Source: Limisphaerales bacterium (GTDB taxonomy: Bacteria > Verrucomicrobiota > Verrucomicrobiia > Limisphaerales > JAJOIW01). From it: DNA of 64,000 nt. The stretch lies in assembly GCA_965657355.1 (NCBI GenBank), contig CBFHOE010000003.1, forward strand, positions 437,222 through 501,221, read 5' to 3'. The position numbers were made by a program, and so were the translations under genes. Under the pieces are notes generated by a model. The model did not search any database. It saw only the letters and a program-made list of their open reading frames with translations, and was not told the origin of the DNA. Each line of letters starts with the position of its first letter. Within the stretch, counting starts at the first letter, position 1. Shown here piece by piece: positions 30,689 to 38,828 of this stretch.

Positions 30689-31306
30689 TTACTTCCTCTT
30701 ATTTTTGGCTCTGACTACTTCATACGAATCAGAAACAAGAACCAAAGGTAGGCGCTCCTTGGCGAGTCGACCAAAATAAGTCTCTCCAAAGACAACTTTC
30801 TTCATGCGATAAAAATTTGGCAGCGTAGATCCGAAGGTTGCTTTGGATCTTCTTTCTTCAGCCTGGCCGACGGCATCTGTCGTCCTGTTTCCGTGTATAA
30901 GTGAAAAGACAAAAATTAAAATAATAAATGAATTGAGAGTTCCCAGTATACCGCCGCAAATGACCTCGATATCCCTGAAGACAGTGCTGCCTTTGATTTT
31001 CATTTTCAGGAAGTCCTCATTAAGAATGACAACCAACCAAACGATAAGGTTAATTCCGAGAAAACTCAGTGTCAGGGATTTGGATATATCAAAGTTAAAT
31101 GCGCTCACGACAAGGCTGGCCACCCAAACATAGAGCAATGAGCCGAGGCACAATCCCGCGAGCCACTTCAAAAAGCTTGGCAGCATTTCATATCCTCCCC
31201 TTTTAATACCTCTATATAGACCAAAAAAGATAAAACTCAGGCACAGAATATCCACTATGTGTATGCCCTGGAAATATTCTGAGTATTTGACGAGTAAGTC
31301 CTTCAT
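30689..31306 (-). CDS. CvpA family membrane protein
   Basis: GLYRGIKRG followed by four TM helices, then GGILG. Confidence 0.7.
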   Translation of the reverse strand: MKDLLVKYSEYFQGIHIVDILCLSFIFFGLYRGIKRGGYEMLPSFLKWLAGLCLGSLLYVWVASLVVSAFNFDISKSLTLSFLGINLIVWLVVILNEDFLKMKIKGSTVFRDIEVICGGILGTLNSFIILIFVFSLIHGNRTTDAVGQAEERRSKATFGSTLPNFYRMKKVVFGETYFGRLAKERLPLVLVSDSYEVVRAKNKRK

Positions 31307-31772
31307 CGCATTGATTACTTTCTGGAGTATGCGGAAAGATTTACAGATTCTTTACAGGTATACGGTGATTGTCCTGTGAGTAGACACGTGTTTTCCAACG
31401 GGTGCCTGTAGTCTATCTCTCTTCCTGCTTTTTTCAGACTAACCTGATGAAGGCTTTCGCGACTCCCCAGAACATCTACTCACTCTGAATGAAACTACAG
31501 CCAGTTGGAGCCAAAAAGCTCACAAAATCAGCGCTTCCTAAAAAGGCGGCAATGGTCTCGTTTCTAATGAGTCATTTTCCTACGCAAAACCACGGGGTCG
31601 GTTATTTGTTAAAACACAATGACACCGGATTTTCAGAGCGTTACAACCTCATTTTGCTCAAATGACATGCAAAAATGACTGCTTGTTAACAAATTCATAA
31701 GCAGTAATGTCATTGGTGCGTCTTCAAAAATATGAAGACTTTCCTTTCTTTCCAAAATTCCTAGAATGACGT

Positions 31773-32585
31773 ATGCCTTCGCTACCATCAGTAGGATTTA
31801 TTGGAACAGGTAAAATGGCGACTGCCTTGGCATCAGGTTGGGTGGGAGCCAACATGATTGATCACGACCAATCCATTGGGAGTGACCCTTCATCCCAATC
31901 TCGAGAGGCTTTTTCTTCATCCACCGGCTTGAATACTCATGAAGACAACGGGATTATCTGGTCAAAATGTTCGATGATTGTTCTGGCTGTTAAGCCTCAT
32001 ATCGTTGAAACCGTTTTGACTGCGGCCCCAATCACTGATGATCACTTAATCCTATCAATCGCTGCCGGAGTCAGTCTTGGAGATATGGAGAAAATGGCGG
32101 GAGGAAAGGGGAGATTTATCCGTGTCATGCCCAACACGCCAGCCATGGTTGGACGCGGTGCTTCAGGTTTTTCGCTGGGCAACAAAGCCTTATCGAATGA
32201 CTCAGAGCTCACAACTCTTCTCATGCAAACAATTGGCGTAGCATTCGAAGTTCCTGAAAATTTGTTAGATGCTGTAACAGGGGTTAGTGGTAGTGGCCCC
32301 GCTTTCGTTTATCAGGCGATTGAAGCCATGAGTGATGGGGGTGTCGCTGCAGGTTTACCTCGAGATATTAGTACTTCCCTTGCTGCTCAAACCTTCATCG
32401 GGGCCGCTCAGATGGTGATGCAAACCAACATACATCCTGGGGCATTAAAGGACATGGTGACCAGCCCCGGAGGAACGACCATAGCAGGAATTCATGAGCT
32501 CGAGAAAAAGGGAATTAGAGCTGGGTTTATGAATGCCGTCATTGCAGCCAGCGAAAAATCCAAAGAACTTGGCCGTAGAAAATAA
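31773..32585 (+). CDS. proC: Pyrroline-5-carboxylate reductase
   Basis: GFIGTGKMA, LAVKP, RVMPNTP, SGSGPA, VTSPGGTT. Confidence 0.97.
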   Translation: MPSLPSVGFIGTGKMATALASGWVGANMIDHDQSIGSDPSSQSREAFSSSTGLNTHEDNGIIWSKCSMIVLAVKPHIVETVLTAAPITDDHLILSIAAGVSLGDMEKMAGGKGRFIRVMPNTPAMVGRGASGFSLGNKALSNDSELTTLLMQTIGVAFEVPENLLDAVTGVSGSGPAFVYQAIEAMSDGGVAAGLPRDISTSLAAQTFIGAAQMVMQTNIHPGALKDMVTSPGGTTIAGIHELEKKGIRAGFMNAVIAASEKSKELGRRK

Positions 32586-32632
32586 AATAAAATTTGCACT
32601 CGAGTAAAATTCTTTGATTACATCATCATAAT

Positions 32633-33907
32633 ATGAAGCTTCCTGCTCCGACACCCATTCAAGGAAAGATGTTTTGGGCGGCCGTGACGATTTTAGCCAC
32701 GACGGTATCTATTACATTCTTCTCGCTTATATTATTAGGTTTGGGCTGGCTAGCAGAGAGGCTTGCAACAGTTTTGGTTCCGTTGGCGGTTGCTGCTGTT
32801 ATCTCTTATCTTTTAGATCCTGTTGTAGATTTTTTTGAGAAGAGAGATTTTAGCAGACTACAATCAATTATCATTGTCTATCTCATGGCATTTCTAACGT
32901 TAACTGCTGTTGCTGTTCCTGTCGTTCCTCAGCTCATTGGTCAGGTGACTGAAGTTGCTTCCAATTTTCTAGATCAGAACGAAATTTCTGAAAATATCTC
33001 AGATCCGGAACTCCCAAAAACTATTGAGGATATACCCACGAACCTAGAGGAAGACGTCAATCAGCTCGTTGGAAAAATCGGCGCATGGTTTAATAAATTA
33101 CTACCCGAAAAAGTTCGAAATATTTGGAAGGAGCACGAACAAAAAATTGGAGAGCAGATGATAAATATCGGTAAAGCCATCTCGCTCTGGATTTTTAATC
33201 TCTTCGTCTCAGCTATGAGAGGTATTGGCTCCTGGGCTGGATACCTTATAGGATTTGCCATGATACCCGTTTTTGTTTTCTTTTTTCTCCTCGAGAAATG
33301 GCGCATTGTCAGAACATGGACCGAATATCTCCCGGTCTCAGACCCTCTTTGGAAAAAGGAGGTTATTTTTGTGCTCACCTCCATTAATGATAGCCTTATT
33401 GTTTTTTTTAGAGGGCAGGTTCTGGTCGCTATTTGTATAGGAGCTCTTTTGGCCATCGGCTTCTCGCTGATTGGATTAAAATACGGAGTACTATTGGGAG
33501 TCGCAGCCGGAGTTTTGAGCATCATTCCTTACCTTGGTTTTGTTCTGAGCATCGTTCCTGCCGTCATTATCTCTATCGCACAGTATGGAGATTTGCTTCA
33601 CCCCATCCTGACAATCGGAGTCTTTATGGCCGTGCAGTTTGCAGAAGGAATGTTTATTTCTCCTAAAATAATGGGCGATAGAGTGGGGCTTCATCCATTA
33701 ACAATCATTGTGGCCGTGTTGGTGGGCACGACCTTGATGGGTGGCCTTCTGGGCGCCGTATTGGCAATCCCTCTGACAGCGGCTGGGAGAGCTATCCTGG
33801 TGCGATATGTCTGGAAGAAAGATCCAGATGAAGCATATAGTGTCAATGCTGACGACAATGGGGATAACACAAAATCAACTGAAAGCCATCCAGAGCAGGC
33901 TAAATAA
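32633..33907 (+). CDS. AI-2E family transporter
   Basis: YLLDPVV, RGQ, IPYLG, PKIMGDRVGLHP, LAIP. Confidence 0.9.
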   Translation: MKLPAPTPIQGKMFWAAVTILATTVSITFFSLILLGLGWLAERLATVLVPLAVAAVISYLLDPVVDFFEKRDFSRLQSIIIVYLMAFLTLTAVAVPVVPQLIGQVTEVASNFLDQNEISENISDPELPKTIEDIPTNLEEDVNQLVGKIGAWFNKLLPEKVRNIWKEHEQKIGEQMINIGKAISLWIFNLFVSAMRGIGSWAGYLIGFAMIPVFVFFFLLEKWRIVRTWTEYLPVSDPLWKKEVIFVLTSINDSLIVFFRGQVLVAICIGALLAIGFSLIGLKYGVLLGVAAGVLSIIPYLGFVLSIVPAVIISIAQYGDLLHPILTIGVFMAVQFAEGMFISPKIMGDRVGLHPLTIIVAVLVGTTLMGGLLGAVLAIPLTAAGRAILVRYVWKKDPDEAYSVNADDNGDNTKSTESHPEQAK

Positions 33908-34475
33908 GTCTGAACAAGAAAAGGACCCCGACCATGCGCTTGGTTCTGAAAAATCTGCTCCGATCATCGCTCCGAATGCGGTATTGCTCGGCGTTGATCC
34001 TTCGCTTAGAGGCACTGGATTTGGCATAATTCAGCTTCATGATAATACCATCAGCCCAGTTGATTTTGGTGTCATCAAATGCAGTAAATCATGGTCTCGC
34101 ACAAAATGCCTTGGAAATATCCAGGAAAAAATTCGTTCGTTAATAGATAACGTGCGACCCGACATCTGTATTTTCGAAGGATTGTTTTATACGCAAAATT
34201 TAAAAACGGCCATTATTATGGGCGAGGCAAGAGGCGCCTCTTTAGCTGTCGCTGGATCATTTAATATCCCATGTTATGAAATAGCACCTCGAAAAATAAA
34301 ACAAGCCATCGTCGGATTTGGTGGAGCACAAAAGCTTGCTGTTGCAAAAATGGTTCAGCGCATTCTTCAGCTTCAATCCGAGCCCCAATCCGACGCGGCG
34401 GATGCCTTAGCTGCTGCAATTGCATTTGCCCAAGAATATAGAGGAACGGTCATTGACCCACCCAAGCCTCTTTGA
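33858..34475 (+). CDS. ruvC: Holliday junction resolvase RuvC
   Basis: LGVDPSLRGTG, IFE, GEARG, DAADALA; start uncertain (ATG 33858 chosen). Confidence 0.92.
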   Translation: MGITQNQLKAIQSRLNKSEQEKDPDHALGSEKSAPIIAPNAVLLGVDPSLRGTGFGIIQLHDNTISPVDFGVIKCSKSWSRTKCLGNIQEKIRSLIDNVRPDICIFEGLFYTQNLKTAIIMGEARGASLAVAGSFNIPCYEIAPRKIKQAIVGFGGAQKLAVAKMVQRILQLQSEPQSDAADALAAAIAFAQEYRGTVIDPPKPL

Positions 34476-34556
34476 ATGCCCTAACATGCAAAACTCCGAC
34501 ATTATTCTATGCGGACTTGGCTGCTAGAAGGTATTTATGTATAAAATCTATTTGTT

Positions 34557-35168
34557 ATGATCGGCTACCTCAGCGGTAAGATTATTGAAATTCTCCCTAC
34601 CCAGCTTCTTCTGGATGTTAATGGGGTAGGTTATGAAATACTTGTCCCTCTATCTTTTGGGGATGGGGCTCACTTTCAAGTCGGGTCTCAAGTCTCCTTG
34701 TATGCTCATCTCGCAGTGAGGGACGACGCCCATATTCTCTATGGCTTTAATACGCGCCACGAGCGAGATTTTTTTCGAACTATTATTCAAAGTGTCAGTG
34801 GGATAGGCCCCAAGATGGGGTTGAATATTTTGAGCGCTATGCCTATTGACCAGTTTAAATCCGCTGTCGCATCTGAGGATGTTAAATCGATATCTTCCAT
34901 CCCTGGTATTGGGAAAAAAACAGCTGAAAGAATCATAGTAGAGCTTAAAGATAAAGTTGGACTTCCTGGATTGGCTTCAAAGCCTGATCCAGGCACTGAT
35001 GCAGAATTACCATCCGAAACAAATCCTGTTCAGGAAGCGATTAGGGCATTAGTCGCTTTGCAAATCAAGCCCGTCGACGCTGTCTCCATGGTGGAAAAAG
35101 TTTCTAAGAAGCTTGGCGAAAAAGCTTCAACGGAACAATTGGTGAAGGCTTGTTTGCAGAAATCTTGA
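34557..35168 (+). CDS. ruvA: Holliday junction DNA helicase subunit RuvA
   Basis: DVNGVGYE, LYGF, SGIGPK, PGIGKKTAERIIVELKDK. Confidence 0.97.
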   Translation: MIGYLSGKIIEILPTQLLLDVNGVGYEILVPLSFGDGAHFQVGSQVSLYAHLAVRDDAHILYGFNTRHERDFFRTIIQSVSGIGPKMGLNILSAMPIDQFKSAVASEDVKSISSIPGIGKKTAERIIVELKDKVGLPGLASKPDPGTDAELPSETNPVQEAIRALVALQIKPVDAVSMVEKVSKKLGEKASTEQLVKACLQKS

Positions 35169-35175
35169 GTTTTTT

Positions 35176-35832
35176 ATGGCTGAACCCCGACCAAAGCAAA
35201 TTACAGGGTATAAAAAGGCTCTGGCATTTATTGCTGCCTCTTTGGTGAAGATACTCTCGGCAACATACAGGATTACGGTTGTTGCTCCGAAAAGGCCTTA
35301 CACAGATTCTATTTTTTGCTTTTGGCATTCACAGCTTCTCATGCCTGTCGGCCTCTATCGATATTTGTTTAGAAACGATTTCATTCCGACACCAATCACG
35401 GCACTAGTCAGTGCATCTAAGGATGGCGCCTTTCTTTATGAAATATTAAGAAGACTTGGGATTTCGACTATTCGAGGGTCTTCGAGCAGGCGGGGAGCCC
35501 AAGCTCTGGTAGAGGCGAGAAGAGCGCTTAAATTAGGATCTTCAATTGCTATCACCCCTGATGGTCCCAAAGGTCCTGAAAATATAGCTAAGGATGGTGC
35601 TGTGGTCCTATCCAGAATGACTCAAACCCCCATTATTCCTCTGGAGTTTGTTCCCCAGAGATGTTGGCGCTTAAAATCTTGGGACAGATTCATCATACCT
35701 TGGCCTTTTACCAAGGTTTACGTTTATTTTCATGAAGTGATCGATCCAAGACCTGAGCAATCTGACCATCAGGTGGCTGAGGCGCTTTCCCAAAGATTAA
35801 ATAATTCCAGTTCTAAAATAAATATTGATTAA
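35176..35832 (+). CDS. DUF374 lysophospholipid-acyltransferase-like protein
   Basis: FWH, SASKDG, IRGSSSR, ITPDGPKGP, SWDRF. Confidence 0.9.
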   Translation: MAEPRPKQITGYKKALAFIAASLVKILSATYRITVVAPKRPYTDSIFCFWHSQLLMPVGLYRYLFRNDFIPTPITALVSASKDGAFLYEILRRLGISTIRGSSSRRGAQALVEARRALKLGSSIAITPDGPKGPENIAKDGAVVLSRMTQTPIIPLEFVPQRCWRLKSWDRFIIPWPFTKVYVYFHEVIDPRPEQSDHQVAEALSQRLNNSSSKINID

Positions 35833-36057
35833 AAAATAAGGCCTTTCGCCTGGGTTTACAGGGGATCCGGAGTGGTTTTCTCCATTTCTGACACCCTTTT
35901 TAATTATAAAGATTTCCATAATGATCAATGACAGGGTCGGTCTGCTGGATTCAATTTATTGAACAAAATTATTTCATGAGAAATTTTTTATATTTCCCTC
36001 TGATGAAGAGGCATGCTTGCTTTTTGAGCATCAAATCACAATCATGGACTCACTGAT

Positions 36058-37281
36058 ATGAATTGTCGAATTACTGGGGAAAAATTAAATGACGTTTTCA
36101 TCGACCTGGGCCATGCCCCTCCATCGAATTCTCTTATTGAGAGCGAGGGGCTATCTCAACATGAAATAAATTACCCTTTAATATGCTACGTCAACCCAAG
36201 TAATTTTTACGTCCAGGTCGATGAATTCAAACCCGCCAGCTCTATTTTTAATGAGGATTATGTTTACCTTTCATCCATGTCCACCAGCATGGTCGAACAT
36301 GCAAAATCGTATGTTTCCCATATCACTCAAAGATTGAACTTGGATAGTTCTAGCCAGGTCATGGAGGTGGCTTCCAATGACGGATACTTACTGCAGTTTT
36401 TTAAACAGAAAAACATTCCTTGTCTCGGGGTGGAACCTTCCAAAGGGGCTGCGCAATATGCCATAGATAAAGGAATAGAAACAATTACGGAGTTTTTTAA
36501 TGAGGAATTCGCCAATGAAATCGTTTCCTCAAGAGGCAAGATGGATCTCATTCTCGGTAACAATGTTCTTGCTCATGTTCCCAACCTTGATTCTTTTTTA
36601 AAAGGCGTTCAAGTAGCACTCGCGGATGATGGAGTCGCCACTTTTGAATTTCCTCACATCCTGAATACTATCAAAAAGGTCCAGTTTGATACTATATATC
36701 ACGAACATTTTAGCTATTTCTCTCTCTATTCCATTAGGGATATCGCTGCTCGATTTGGCTTGATTTTATTCGACGTTGAGGAAATTAATACTCATGGAGG
36801 ATCTTATAGAATTTATCTCAGCCAAAAATCAGCGAATCCTCGGATTGGTGAAAACGTCCAAAATGTATTAGACAAAGAAAAAGATCATGGGCTTCTCAAT
36901 CTTGAAACATACACGAACTTTCAATCCAAGGTTGATAGTCTTAAATACGATATTTTAGATAAGCTGATAGAATTAAAGAAATCTGGAGCAAGAATAGGAG
37001 CTTATGGAGCAGCGGCTAAAGGATCTACCGCATTTAACTACTTTGGCATTCGTCCCGACTTAATTGAATTTGTTTGTGATCGTGCTCCTTCAAAAGTGGG
37101 CAAATACCTTCCCGGTTGCCACATTCCGATCGTTCCTGAAAAGTTTCTAAAAGAACAAAAGCCAGATTATATTGTTATTATTCCTTGGAATATTCGGTCT
37201 GAGATTGTTAAGCAGCTTTCGTACGCAAAAGAATGGGGGGGGCAGTTTATGACTCTTATCCCAAACATCGAAATTTTCTAG
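36058..37281 (+). CDS. SAM-dependent NDP-sugar C-methyltransferase-like protein
   Basis: EVASNDGYLL, GVEPS, NNVLAHVP, FDTIYHEH, THGGS, GAAAKG, PWN. Confidence 0.9.
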   Translation: MNCRITGEKLNDVFIDLGHAPPSNSLIESEGLSQHEINYPLICYVNPSNFYVQVDEFKPASSIFNEDYVYLSSMSTSMVEHAKSYVSHITQRLNLDSSSQVMEVASNDGYLLQFFKQKNIPCLGVEPSKGAAQYAIDKGIETITEFFNEEFANEIVSSRGKMDLILGNNVLAHVPNLDSFLKGVQVALADDGVATFEFPHILNTIKKVQFDTIYHEHFSYFSLYSIRDIAARFGLILFDVEEINTHGGSYRIYLSQKSANPRIGENVQNVLDKEKDHGLLNLETYTNFQSKVDSLKYDILDKLIELKKSGARIGAYGAAAKGSTAFNYFGIRPDLIEFVCDRAPSKVGKYLPGCHIPIVPEKFLKEQKPDYIVIIPWNIRSEIVKQLSYAKEWGGQFMTLIPNIEIF

Positions 37282-37461
37282 GCTTACCTTTTTCCCTTAC
37301 TCATAGCAAAACTATCTAAGTAAACTAGAATGTGCCAAAAAGGCGCGATAAGTGTGCCGCTTTCGGGAGACTTTATGGCTCTTATAGGGGTGCTTCTTGC
37401 TTTTTTTGCGATATTAACCTCGTTTCCATTCATTTTTTCACTTTTTTCAGGTGTGTTATTG

Positions 37462-37477
37462 TGGCGCGCATTTTGCT
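37462..37477 (+). promoter_or_regulatory. Sigma54 (-24/-12) promoter of the hsp20 pair
   Basis: TGGCGCG-CATT-TTGCT with exact GG-N10-GC spacing, 52 nt before the ATG. Confidence 0.75.
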
Positions 37478-37529
37478 TTAAACAAGGTGTAAGAGTGAAA
37501 CTACAATTAATTAAAAGAAAGGTAATCAA

Positions 37530-37943
37530 ATGAGATTAGTTAAAAATAGCCATTACAAAACAGATCCGTTTCAAACTATAGAGTCTTGGTTCAAACCATC
37601 TTTCGATGAAATATTTGACTGGCCAGCTTTGTCGCAACAAGCGATGAAGAATTTCAAGGTTGATTTATATGAGGACGCTGAAAATTACTATGTCGTAGCC
37701 GAACTTCCCGGAATCAAGAAAGAGGAAATTGAGGTGTCAGCGGAAGACAAAGTAATCACAGTATCTGCAGTTTTAAACAACAAAAACGATGAGGTTACGC
37801 GAGGGGAGTCAGCAGTGCGGTCTATCCAGTTCGATGAATTAGTTGCCCTGGATAAGACCCAAGCGAAATATGAAAATGGGGTGCTGACTTTATTCGTCCC
37901 CAAGGCAATGAGTTCCAAGCCACGCCAAATAGCCATCGCATAA
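37530..37943 (+). CDS. Hsp20/alpha-crystallin small heat shock protein
   Basis: VDLYED, AELPGI, AKYENGVLTL.VPK, PRQIAI. Confidence 0.93.
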   Translation: MRLVKNSHYKTDPFQTIESWFKPSFDEIFDWPALSQQAMKNFKVDLYEDAENYYVVAELPGIKKEEIEVSAEDKVITVSAVLNNKNDEVTRGESAVRSIQFDELVALDKTQAKYENGVLTLFVPKAMSSKPRQIAIA

Positions 37944-37980
37944 TCTAAGATAATAAAATTTAAAAAAAGGAGACAAAGAA

Positions 37981-38364
37981 ATGACAATGACAGGAAAAAA
38001 TACAAGTGCACCAGGTAATGATTCTGAAGCTCAATCCAAAGACTATAGAAATCCTGAGTATGAGGTCACTAAAACGGAAAATTCATACGTCATAAAAGTA
38101 GATCTTCCCGGGACTAAAAAAGAAGGCATTGTGACATTACTGGATAATGAATCTCTTCTGATTGAGGGCAAACGAATGAATCCCCAGCTTGATGGGTGGA
38201 AAGCAAGACACAAAGAAATTGTCTCTGCTAACTATCGACTAAAACTCGATGTTAATATTCCGGTGATAAAGGACAAAATATCAGCTACATACAGAGATGG
38301 TGTTCTCGTGGTTACGCTTCCATATCGTGAAAAAACGAAACCTGTGGATATTTCAGTAAATTGA
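37981..38364 (+). CDS. Hsp20/alpha-crystallin small heat shock protein
   Basis: VDLPG, ATYRDGVLVVTLP, PVDISV. Confidence 0.9.
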   Translation: MTMTGKNTSAPGNDSEAQSKDYRNPEYEVTKTENSYVIKVDLPGTKKEGIVTLLDNESLLIEGKRMNPQLDGWKARHKEIVSANYRLKLDVNIPVIKDKISATYRDGVLVVTLPYREKTKPVDISVN

Positions 38365-38401
38365 TTATCAAATTGAAATAGCTGCGACGTCTCAATTCTG
38401 C

Positions 38402-38428
38402 GGTCGAGAAACTATCTCGGCCTTTTTT
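38402..38428 (+). terminator. Terminator of the hsp20 operon
   Basis: GGTCGAGA/TCTCGGCC stem plus 6 T. Confidence 0.7.
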
Positions 38429-38594
38429 GGTCTCCCATACGAAGAGACTAATCATATTTTATCCTTAAGGGTTCTCGAGAAATACAGACGACTTTCCATC
38501 CTCTACAAGAGCGCATTGGAAAAAAAGAATGGCATCAAAAAGCACCGCGTTGACGATGCATAAAACACGATCGATTTATGGAGTTGGATAGAAG

Positions 38595-38681
38595 TGGTAC
38601 CAACGGTGGGGGTCGAACCCACACGACCTTGCGGTCACCAGATTTTGAATCTAGCGCGTCTGCCAATTCCGCCACGTTGGC
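38595..38681 (-). tRNA. tRNA-Leu(CAA)
   Basis: GCCAACG...CGTTGGT-ACCA acceptor, TTCAAAA anticodon loop, long variable arm, GTTCGAC T-loop. Confidence 0.97.
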
Positions 38682-38763
38682 ACGTGAGGACGATAAGGTA
38701 ATAGGCTGGTTTGTGGAAATCAAATCAAAATAGGGGAAAAAACCCTGGTTAAAGGTTAAATCT

Positions 38764-38792
38764 TTGACGCTTAAACGTGCTTATCGTAACTT
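38764..38792 (+). promoter_or_regulatory. Sigma70-like promoter for secA
   Basis: TTGACG-N17-TAACTT. Confidence 0.5.
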
Positions 38793-38828
38793 TTAAGGTC
38801 CCGAATCCGGGGTAAAAGAGTCACACAT

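Noticed and set aside
31545..31583. Fluoride-riboswitch-like words GGCAATGG...TAATGA...CCTAC
   Set aside because: The required pseudoknot pairings are not evident, and no fluoride-related gene lies downstream
37284..37533. Short ORFs on both strands upstream of hsp20
   Set aside because: The region is better explained as the sigma54 promoter and enhancer
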